A stretch of DNA of 49,606 bases. Origin: Gammaproteobacteria bacterium (GTDB lineage: Bacteria > Pseudomonadota > Gammaproteobacteria > Natronospirales > REEB76). Below, piece by piece: positions 29,167-38,150 of this stretch. Every line of letters starts with the position of its first letter. Within the stretch, counting starts at the first letter, position 1. The stretch lies in the NCBI GenBank assembly GCA_050739175.1, contig JBOIAZ010000038.1, forward strand, positions 1 to 49,606. Direction: 5' to 3'. A model generated the notes under the pieces. It did not search any database. It was not told the DNA's origin and was given only the letters and a program-made list of their open reading frames with translations. A program made the translations under genes and the position numbers.

Positions 29167-29406
29167 TAGGCTCGCCTGCGCAATTCGGAGTTGGTCACGC
29201 AGCACGGTGCTTGCGCACGCGCATTGCCGGTCAGCCGCTGGAGCCCGGGTACTTCCATGGCCATGGGTACATCATGCGCGATGGAGCCGGGCGTGTCGAG
29301 TCACCGCACAGTCCCGCTGCCGGCGCCCTGCCGAGTGCGGGCGGCGTCCAAGCACAACCGCGACAGTGTGTACTGGTGCACCCTTATCTGCCAAGACCCG
29401 GCATGC

Positions 29407-30829
<1,423 letters not shown>

Positions 30830-30847
30830 GGATGCGTGCCTCGATGC

Positions 30848-31165
30848 TTAACCGGCGTGGATGCCGGTAATCTGGACTTCGGTGTAGTGCTGCCGGTGGC
30901 CGGCGCGGCGCCGGTAATTCTTACGGCGGCGCATCTTGAAAATGAAAATCTTGCCAGCGCGCCCCAGTGACTTGACGGTCCCGGTTACCTTGCCGCCGGC
31001 AATGAATGGGGTGCCCAGCAACGGAGCCTGCGGGTCGCGCCCGACCATAAGTACGCGGTCGAACGTTACCGCGGCGCCGGCCTCGGCCTCGAGCTGCTCA
31101 CAGCGGATCAGATCGCCCTCGCTCACCCGGTACTGCTTGCCGCCGGTCTCGATTACCGCGTACAT
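30848..31165 (-). CDS. rplU: 50S ribosomal protein L21
   Basis: Start at ATG 31165 (MYAVIETGGKQYRVSEGD...), the canonical L21 N-terminus. Confidence 0.95.
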   Translation of the reverse strand: MYAVIETGGKQYRVSEGDLIRCEQLEAEAGAAVTFDRVLMVGRDPQAPLLGTPFIAGGKVTGTVKSLGRAGKIFIFKMRRRKNYRRRAGHRQHYTEVQITGIHAG

Positions 31166-31317
31166 GGGAACTCCAAAGCGCAAAACGCCGTCAAAGGGCG
31201 CGAATTTTACGGCCTTGGGCAATGCCGGTCAAACCGGACGCACGCGCCTTGACACCCCCCCATGGCACCCCTAGCATCGCTTTCACGCGCCGCCCCGGCC
31301 GTAGTCCGACGCCGCTC

Positions 31318-32328
31318 ATGGTTCTAGCCCCTGATTCCATCCCCGCCACCGGCCAGGCCCCGGAATTGGCTGCGCTGCGCGCGCTGGTGGACGCGGATTT
31401 CCGCGCCACCGACAGCCTGATCCGCAAGGCGCTGCACTCGGACGTGGCGCTCATCAGTCAGCTCGGCGAATACATCATCAGCGGCGGCGGCAAGCGGCTG
31501 CGGCCGTTGCTGGTGCTGCTCGCGGCGCGCGCCTGCGAAGTCGCCGACCAGCGCCACGTGCAGCTCGCCGCGATCATCGAGTTCATCCATACCGCCACGC
31601 TGCTGCACGACGACGTGGTGGACGCCTCCGGCCTGCGTCGCGGACGCGAGACCGCCAACGCCATCTGGGGCAACGAGGCCAGCGTGCTGGTGGGCGATTT
31701 CCTGTATTCGCGCGCCTTCCAGCTGATGGTGGCGCTCGACGACATGCGCGTCATGCGCATCCTCGCCGACGCCACCAATCTGATCGCCGAAGGCGAGGTC
31801 CTGCAGCTGCTCAACTGCCACGATCCCAAGACCACCGAGGCGCTCTACCTGCAGGTGATCCGCCGCAAGACCGCGACGCTGTTCCAGGCCGGCGCACACC
31901 TGGCCGCGATCATCGCGGGACGGCCCGAGGCGCAGGCTGCGGCCCTGGGTCGCTACGGTCTGCACCTCGGCAGCGCCTTCCAGTTGATTGATGACGCGCT
32001 GGACTACAGCGCGAGCGCGGCTGAAATGGGCAAGAACGCCGGCGACGACCTCGCCGAAGGCAAACCCACGCTACCGCTGATTTATGCCATGCAGCACGGT
32101 ACCGAGGCGGAACGCGAGCGGATTTGCGCGGCGATTGAATCCGGCGAACGCACCGACATCGTCGGCATCCTGGCAATCCTCAGACGTACCTCCGCACTGG
32201 AATACACCTTGAGCCGTGCACAGCAGGAACGCGAGCGCGCGATCGCGGCGCTCGAGCTGCTGCCGGAATCCATGTACAAAACTGCGCTCGTGGACCTGGC
32301 GGATTTTTCAGTGGAACGGCGCGCCTGA
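31318..32328 (+). CDS. ispB: Octaprenyl (polyprenyl) diphosphate synthase
   Basis: Start at ATG 31318. DDVVD (first DDxxD) and DDALD (second) motifs. Divergent from rplU as in E. coli. Confidence 0.9.
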   Translation: MVLAPDSIPATGQAPELAALRALVDADFRATDSLIRKALHSDVALISQLGEYIISGGGKRLRPLLVLLAARACEVADQRHVQLAAIIEFIHTATLLHDDVVDASGLRRGRETANAIWGNEASVLVGDFLYSRAFQLMVALDDMRVMRILADATNLIAEGEVLQLLNCHDPKTTEALYLQVIRRKTATLFQAGAHLAAIIAGRPEAQAAALGRYGLHLGSAFQLIDDALDYSASAAEMGKNAGDDLAEGKPTLPLIYAMQHGTEAERERICAAIESGERTDIVGILAILRRTSALEYTLSRAQQERERAIAALELLPESMYKTALVDLADFSVERRA

Positions 32329-32472
32329 CGGTTCCGGCCGCCGCGCCAGCCAATGCAGCGTGGCCCTGCTTGTCGCGCGCTGCGAGCATGCCAACGGGAG
32401 CAGCGGGGAAACCCGTCCTTTTCGACCCAATGCGGCGTCCGGATTCCGCTTTCCCGGGCCGACCGGGCGCAA

Positions 32473-32501
32473 TTGCCGGAGCGCTGACCTTGCTTTATAG
32501 T
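32473..32501 (+). promoter_or_regulatory. Candidate sigma70 promoter of tRNA-Pro
   Basis: TTGCCG (32473-32478), 17 nt, then TATAGT (32496-32501). The tRNA 5' end is at 32513. Confidence 0.5.
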
Positions 32502-32512
32502 ACGCGGCCTTG

Positions 32513-32589
32513 CGGGGTGTAGCTCAGCCTGGTAGAGCACTTGGTTCGGGACCAAGGGGCCGCAGGTTCAAATCCTGTCACCCCGACCA
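32513..32589 (+). tRNA. tRNA-Pro (anticodon CGG), CCA encoded
   Basis: Manual cloverleaf: acceptor CGGGGTG/CACCCCG, D arm GCTC-AGCCTGGTA-GAGC, anticodon arm CTTGG-TTCGGGA-CCAAG, T arm with a TTCAAAT loop, then ACCA. Confidence 0.93.
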
Positions 32590-32635
32590 ACCGTTACATA
32601 TCCCGCTCACAGAATCATCCCTGATTGGCTAACCG

Positions 32636-32705
32636 GCCACGCCGTCCTTGGCGTGGCGCTCGGCCGGATCGAACAGCCACCGGCTGTTCGATTGAACATC
32701 CGGCC
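32636..32705. repeat. REP-like structured element E3 (homologue of E1)
   Basis: GCCACGCC-gtcctt-GGCGTGGC, then CGCTCGGCCGGATCGAACAGCC-acc-GGCTGTTCGAT...CCGGCC. It is collinear with 5035-5103, and stem differences are compensated. Confidence 0.8.
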
Positions 32706-32709
32706 AAGC

Positions 32710-32743
32710 CCTGTCACCCCGACCCACCGTTGTGTATCCCGCT
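32710..32743 (+). repeat. Direct repeat of the tRNA-Pro 3' end plus 18 nt downstream (copy of 32574-32607)
   Basis: 30/34 identical to 32574-32607. The two copies bracket the 102-nt segment (32608-32709) that contains element E3. Confidence 0.85.
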
Positions 32744-33466
32744 TTACGCGCCTGCGGCGCGTGCCAAACCCCATCCGGTGATCGCGTAGCGGCCTTGCGC
32801 CGCATACGGGCTGACGTAGCTCACGTGGTGCCACATCGGAACTTCAAACAGCGTCAGTGAATTGAACGTCGGCATGAACGTGTCAATCACGTGCTCGTGC
32901 CCGTCGGTGAACTGCAGCAATCCGCCCCAGTCCGCGCGCCAGCCCTTGGTCAGGTTCAGCACATAGGCCACGCGCCGGTGTTCCTTGTCAATGATGTCAT
33001 TGTGTGCGGTCAGAAAGTGGCCGGGCAGATAGCGCGTCGCCTGGGCCATGGCCATATGGATGTCCGCGATTCCCGTGACCCCGCGCATCAACCCCAGAAA
33101 CTCATCGGAATTGATGAACTCCAGCACATGATGCAGAACCAGCCCCGGATCACGGTGCTCCTTGTAGGCCTCCACCATCTTGTAGCTGTTGTAGATGAAC
33201 CGGAACTGGCGTTCGCCGATGGCGCGTGCCTGCGCCTTGTTGACCAAAGCCAGCCAGTCCGGCTGGCGGAACCCGGCAATCTCCTGGGCGCTGAGAAAAT
33301 TGGCCTGCACGCCGTCGGTAAACGCAACGCCCCACGGCACCTCATGCGCAAGACATGCATACAGGCGTTCCGCGGCTTCCGGAAGCAATACATCCTGAAT
33401 CTGGATGCGATGCGCCACCGTAAAGCCCCTGGCCCAATGCGCCACATCCAGCTTGGGATTCAGCAT
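32744..33466 (-). CDS. 2OG-Fe(II) oxygenase superfamily protein (prolyl-hydroxylase-like)
   Basis: Start taken at ATG 33466 (MLNPKLDV...). HFLTAHNDIID (HxD) and a distal WHHV histidine fit a 2OG oxygenase facial triad. The family assignment comes from motif reading only. Confidence 0.72.
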   Translation of the reverse strand: MLNPKLDVAHWARGFTVAHRIQIQDVLLPEAAERLYACLAHEVPWGVAFTDGVQANFLSAQEIAGFRQPDWLALVNKAQARAIGERQFRFIYNSYKMVEAYKEHRDPGLVLHHVLEFINSDEFLGLMRGVTGIADIHMAMAQATRYLPGHFLTAHNDIIDKEHRRVAYVLNLTKGWRADWGGLLQFTDGHEHVIDTFMPTFNSLTLFEVPMWHHVSYVSPYAAQGRYAITGWGLARAAGA

Positions 33467-33588
33467 GGCCCGTACCTGAGTCTGCCTGCGTATGCAGATG
33501 ATAGCCGATGGCACACGTCGGAATTCCGCGGTTTTGCCAACTGGCTGCATGCAAGGCATGCCGGCCGCTGTCCGCAAGAACGGTGCTG

Positions 33589-34014
33589 TCAGCGCGTCAA
33601 CTCGGTCAACAGGCGGGAAATTTCGCTGCCGATGCGTCGCAGTTCGATGCGATGACTGTACGTCAACTTGTCAAGCATGGCCGAACCCCGCGGGGTCAAT
33701 ACCGCATGCACCTGGCGGTGGTCCACCCGCGAATTCCTGCGCTTCACCAGGCGCTGGCGCGCCAGACGGTTCACCAGGCCCACGGCGCTGTTGTGGCGCA
33801 CGTGCAGGCGCGCCGCCAGCTGGCTGATGGTAGGCGGCGCTCCGCCCGGAAACCCGCGGATCGCCAGCAGCACCTGATGCTGCTGCGGGGTCAGGCCCAG
33901 GCTGCGGGCGATTTCCTCGCTGGTGCGCAGGAATTTGCGCAGCGCCGAGCGGAAATCCGCGAGCGTGGCAAAGTCGGCATCGCTGACCCTGCGCGGGTCC
34001 GGGCTCTCATGCAT
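33589..34014 (-). CDS. MarR family transcriptional regulator
   Basis: 141 aa. LTPQQHQVLLAI...ISQLAARLHVRHNSAVGLVNRLARQRLVKR winged-helix pattern. Confidence 0.9.
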   Translation of the reverse strand: MHESPDPRRVSDADFATLADFRSALRKFLRTSEEIARSLGLTPQQHQVLLAIRGFPGGAPPTISQLAARLHVRHNSAVGLVNRLARQRLVKRRNSRVDHRQVHAVLTPRGSAMLDKLTYSHRIELRRIGSEISRLLTELTR

Positions 34015-34048
34015 GCGGGTATCGGCGCGGCAACAAAAGTCGTTGTTT

Positions 34049-34067
34049 TATATCGTAATACGATATA
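34049..34067. promoter_or_regulatory. Perfect 19-bp palindrome, likely the MarR operator in the marR/ClC divergent region
   Basis: TATATCGTA-A-TACGATATA. It overlaps TATAAA-like -10 candidates for marR on the minus strand. It lies 15 nt upstream of a TTGACA-17-TACGAT promoter-like element (34082-34110) facing the ClC gene. Confidence 0.6.
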
Positions 34068-34121
34068 CCATACCGCGCTTTTTGACACCCCCGCAATTCA
34101 TTTTTACGATCCGGAGTCAGC

Positions 34122-35957
34122 ATGTCGCAGGGCACGCCCGTTGCCGCACGCGCACGGCAGTTTGTACCTCATTTCAGCGGAATACGCCTGTTGCTCATGT
34201 CGGTTCTGGCGGCGCTCATCGGCCTGGCCGCTGGTCTCACCGCCTACATCCTGTTCGTGGTCATCGCGCTCATCACGAATTTCACCTACTTTCACCGCTT
34301 CTCGACCGAGCTGCCGAACATCACCGTCAACACCCTCGGCCTGTGGGTGCTGGTGATTCCCGCCATCGCCGGTTTGATTGTCGGCATCATGGCGAAGTAC
34401 GGCAGCAACAAGATCCGCGGCCACGGCATTCCGGAAGCCATGGAAGCCGTGCTCACCAACAAGAGCCGTATCGCGCCGCGCGTCGCCATTCTCAAGCCGT
34501 TGTCCGCCGCTTTGGTGATCGGCACCGGCGGTCCCTTCGGCGCGGAAGGCCCGATCATCCAGACGGGTGGCGCGCTGGGTTCGCTGGTCGGCCAGATGCT
34601 GCGCATGACCGCGGCCGAACGCAAAGTGCTGCTCGCCTGCGGCGCCGGCGCCGGCATGGCCGCCACCTTTTCGACGCCGATCGCGGGCGTGATTTTTGCC
34701 ATCGAGTTGCTGCTGTTCGAATTCCGGGCGCGTTCCTTCATTCCGCTGGTGATCGCCACCACGCTCGCCACCACCGTGCACATCGTGCTCATCGGACCCG
34801 GCCCGATGTTCCGCGTGGGCCCCGCGCATTTCAACATGATTGCCGGCCTGCCTTTCTATATCGTGCTGGCGGTGCTGTGCGGCTACATGGCGGTGGCCAT
34901 GTGCCGCGGTCTGTACTGGGTCGAGGATTTGTACGAAAAGCTGCCGATTGACGAGATGTGGTGGCCGGCCATCGGCGCGGTCGGCCTCGGCATCATCGGT
35001 TTCTTCGTACCGCGCGTGCTGGGCGTCGGCTACGGCACGATTACCGACATTCTCAACAATCACCTGGCGCTATCCATGCTGTTGCTGCTGCTGGTGTTCA
35101 AGAGCCTGGCGCTGCTGGTGTCGCTGGGCTCCGGCACCTCCGGCGGCCTGCTGGCACCCATGTTCACCGGCGGAGCGGCGCTCGGCGGGGCCTTTGCCAT
35201 CATAGCCAACCACATCATTCCGGGAACCCATCTCGATCCGGCGGCCTACGCCATCGTCGCCATGGCGGCGGTATTCGCCGCCGCTTCGCGCGCCACCTTT
35301 GCACTCATCATCTTTGCCTTTGAGATCACCCGCAATTACGAATCCGTGCTGCCGCTGATGCTGGTCTGCGTGGTGGCCAGCGGCATCGCGCACATTCACC
35401 TGAAGGAATCCATCATGACCGAGCGGCTGTCACGCCGCGGACTGAAAATCCATCTTGAGTACGAGGTGGACCCGCTGCGCGAAGTCGCGGTCGCAAGCGT
35501 CATGGATCGTCATCCGCGAGCGCTCAGTGCCGACATGCCGGTCTCCGAGCTTGCGAGGCGCATTGGCACGCATGATCCGAGCGTGATCGGACACAGCGGT
35601 TACCCGCTGCTCGACGGCGAGGACCGGCTGGTGGGAATGATTACGCGTACCGATGTTTTCCGTGCCATCGAAGAGCACGCCGATCAGGCCATGACCCTGC
35701 TGCAGGCCGGCAGTGCGCATCCGGTCGTCGCATATCCGGATGAAACGCTGCACACCGCCGTCAACAGGATGTTGCGCAACGGCGTCGGGCGACTGCCGGT
35801 CGTGGACCGCGACATGCCGGACAAGCTCCTGGGTTATGTGGGACGCACGCTGATCCTCAACGCCCGGGAACGCCGCCTGCAGGAGGAATCCCAGACCGAG
35901 AATGGCTGGTTCAGCCGCCGCGGCACGGGCGCGTCCGACGAAGCGGAATCCGGTTAG
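34122..35957 (+). CDS. ClC-family chloride channel / H+-Cl- antiporter with a C-terminal CBS pair
   Basis: 611 aa. GPFGAEGP, GSGTSGGLLAP and GxFxP-like selectivity motifs. C-terminal tandem CBS-like region (VMDRHPRALSADMPV..., VVAYPDETLHTAVNRMLRNGVGRLPVVD). Confidence 0.92.
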   Translation: MSQGTPVAARARQFVPHFSGIRLLLMSVLAALIGLAAGLTAYILFVVIALITNFTYFHRFSTELPNITVNTLGLWVLVIPAIAGLIVGIMAKYGSNKIRGHGIPEAMEAVLTNKSRIAPRVAILKPLSAALVIGTGGPFGAEGPIIQTGGALGSLVGQMLRMTAAERKVLLACGAGAGMAATFSTPIAGVIFAIELLLFEFRARSFIPLVIATTLATTVHIVLIGPGPMFRVGPAHFNMIAGLPFYIVLAVLCGYMAVAMCRGLYWVEDLYEKLPIDEMWWPAIGAVGLGIIGFFVPRVLGVGYGTITDILNNHLALSMLLLLLVFKSLALLVSLGSGTSGGLLAPMFTGGAALGGAFAIIANHIIPGTHLDPAAYAIVAMAAVFAAASRATFALIIFAFEITRNYESVLPLMLVCVVASGIAHIHLKESIMTERLSRRGLKIHLEYEVDPLREVAVASVMDRHPRALSADMPVSELARRIGTHDPSVIGHSGYPLLDGEDRLVGMITRTDVFRAIEEHADQAMTLLQAGSAHPVVAYPDETLHTAVNRMLRNGVGRLPVVDRDMPDKLLGYVGRTLILNARERRLQEESQTENGWFSRRGTGASDEAESG

Positions 35958-36023
35958 CGGGCTGAGGCGCCTCGCTCCGGTGTACCCGGCGGCACACCGG
36001 CCGGTGTCTGCTGGTCGGCAACC

Positions 36024-37931
36024 TTATTTCAGCGGCGCGATGATCTGGTCGAGGTAATCCCGGGTGCCCGCCACGCGTTCCAGATGCGGATAGCGCAGGC
36101 CGCCGTGGTAATCCACGGCATAGGTCTGGTAATACGTCAGGTTCTTGACGAGCAGCTTGATCGGTTCCGCCGAATCCTTGGCCGCGCGCAGGGCTTCCCT
36201 GAACACGTCGGGCGTAAACGCCCGGCCATTCACCGCGATCAGCGTCATGCCCGGACCCAGGCCGGCCTTGTACGCCGGACCATTCCACAGCACGTCCTCG
36301 ATTTCACCGTTCTTGCTGTTCGCCGAGAGTCCGATCGAATACATGGCATTCAGCGTGTCATAGACTTTCTCGGTCGCTTCGAAATATTTGGACCGCACAT
36401 CCGTATACACCAGCCGGTAACCGCCGCGCGTGATGCCGGCCAGCGGCGCGTGGTACTGCTTGGTGTCGAGGATATTGCGCAGGAATTTGGCCCAGTCATA
36501 CGGCTGGACCTGGTTGAGCGCCTGCACCACGTCATCGAAGGTGTAGGTCCTGGTCACATAGCTGCCGTTGTCCATGCCGTAAAACAGGCGCGCGAAATCG
36601 TTCAGCGAACGCCGTCCGTGGCTGAGCTCCTGGATCTGCGTATCCACGTCCAGCCACAGCAACACGCCTTCGCTGTAAAAATCTCCGGCACTGCGCCGCC
36701 AGTTGTGCCAGGCGCCCGGTACGTAATAAAGGATGGAAGCCTCATCCGCGGTGTCCTGCAGCGGCCGCCACGTGCGGCCCGGCATGTGATCCATGTTGGC
36801 GGCGGTCAGCGCCAGTGCTTCGCGGTATTGACCCTTGCTCCATAGTCCGCTGCGCGCGGTCATGACCTCACCCCAGTACTCCGTCAAACCTTCATAAACC
36901 CAGAGCAGATCGTCCTGCTCCGGCACTGAATTGAAATCCGGTGTCCACAAGTCGTAGGGGCGCCGGAACTTGCCGTTCCAGGAATGGGTGTATTCGTGCG
37001 GCACCAGGCCGGAACCCAGCAGATAGGAATCCGCATCGGTGAAGTAATTGGCGCGCGTGCGGTCGTCGGAGGACTGATGGTGCTCCAGACCGAAATGGCC
37101 GGTGTTGTCGGAGAGCGTCAGCAGCGCATGGTAGCTGGCGTAGTGATGCGCGCCGAACATGCGGTTTTCCTGCTGTACCAGATTACGGTACGCACCGATC
37201 TGCTCGGGGGTGATGGCGAGATTTTCGGGACCATCCGCCACCAGATCGAGATACACCGGCACGCCCGCACCCGGGTCCAGGTCCACCTGCTTGAAATACA
37301 GCCCGGCGATCAATGGCGAGTCCACCAGGTTGTTGAGTGTCACAGCGTGGAACTGCACTTCACCGCCCATACCGTTGTGCGGTTCGAGTGCGGTGGCAAA
37401 CTGCCAGCCCAGGGGCAGCTTCACGCTGGGCGCGACGGTGATCGCGCGCGACGCGTAGCCCGCCGGATACAGCAGCACCTGGTTCCATTCGAGGTCCACG
37501 ATCGCAGGCGTGGCCGACACGCTCGCCCCGAAGCGGCCGCCGCTCGTGGGCGAGAGGAACTGGAATGAGGCATTCAGGCTCTGCACGCCCTGGGGCACAT
37601 CGAGATGCACGGCATACATGTCCACCAGATCACGGCGCCAGGCCAGCGTCTGGCCGTTGGCGGTGAACACCATGCCCGCAAGGTTTTCCAGCGGTCCGCT
37701 CGGCGAGTGTTCACCGGGTATCCACTTCGGGTAGTAAAGCGTCAAGGGACCCGGGCTTACCGGGATGGTCTCGGATACGCGGAAAATCTTGCGCGGTGCA
37801 TCGGTCAGATCCACCTGCAGCGTGAAGGTGCCGGGGTAGGCGGAAGTGAGGTCCGCGGCCCGGACCGGGGTGGACAGTGCCGCCACCATCAGCAAGGTCA
37901 AAGCGAGCATGAAGGGGATGCCGATTCTCAT
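36024..37931 (-). CDS. Secreted M61 (glycyl aminopeptidase) family metallopeptidase with a C-terminal PDZ-like domain
   Basis: Start at ATG 37931 (MRIGIPFMLALTLLMVAALSTPVRA signal peptide). HEYTHSWNGKF zinc motif. Confidence 0.85.
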   Translation of the reverse strand: MRIGIPFMLALTLLMVAALSTPVRAADLTSAYPGTFTLQVDLTDAPRKIFRVSETIPVSPGPLTLYYPKWIPGEHSPSGPLENLAGMVFTANGQTLAWRRDLVDMYAVHLDVPQGVQSLNASFQFLSPTSGGRFGASVSATPAIVDLEWNQVLLYPAGYASRAITVAPSVKLPLGWQFATALEPHNGMGGEVQFHAVTLNNLVDSPLIAGLYFKQVDLDPGAGVPVYLDLVADGPENLAITPEQIGAYRNLVQQENRMFGAHHYASYHALLTLSDNTGHFGLEHHQSSDDRTRANYFTDADSYLLGSGLVPHEYTHSWNGKFRRPYDLWTPDFNSVPEQDDLLWVYEGLTEYWGEVMTARSGLWSKGQYREALALTAANMDHMPGRTWRPLQDTADEASILYYVPGAWHNWRRSAGDFYSEGVLLWLDVDTQIQELSHGRRSLNDFARLFYGMDNGSYVTRTYTFDDVVQALNQVQPYDWAKFLRNILDTKQYHAPLAGITRGGYRLVYTDVRSKYFEATEKVYDTLNAMYSIGLSANSKNGEIEDVLWNGPAYKAGLGPGMTLIAVNGRAFTPDVFREALRAAKDSAEPIKLLVKNLTYYQTYAVDYHGGLRYPHLERVAGTRDYLDQIIAPLK

Positions 37932-38150
37932 GGAACCACTCCTATTTAATAGTTTGCAGCCGCACGCTGATACCACGAATTCGGCCGGGAACCCCGGGTC
38001 CCGGGAAAGGCCGTGGCGGGAACGGCCTATGTTAGTATCTCTGCCCCGTCATCGCCTACTCCGACTGGCCAACACATGCGCGCTGCCGGCGCGCCATGGT
38101 TCAAGCGCATTCCCACGGCCCCGCAAGGCCGGACTTTCAACGGAGGCTTT

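Noticed and set aside
29255-29280. The CCATGGCCATGG-centred imperfect palindrome upstream of fabA, considered as a FabR/DesT/FadR operator.
   Set aside because: The arms are unequal (GTACTTCCATGG versus CCATGGGTAC). I cannot match it to any operator consensus I know. It may simply be a chance duplication of the self-complementary CCATGG.
35977-36007. CCGGTGT...ACACCGG CCGGTGT triple repeat between the convergent ClC and M61 genes, considered as a bidirectional terminator.
   Set aside because: Alternative 7-bp hairpins are possible, but no U-tract follows on either strand. It is plausibly a Rho-dependent or structural element, too weak to call as a feature.
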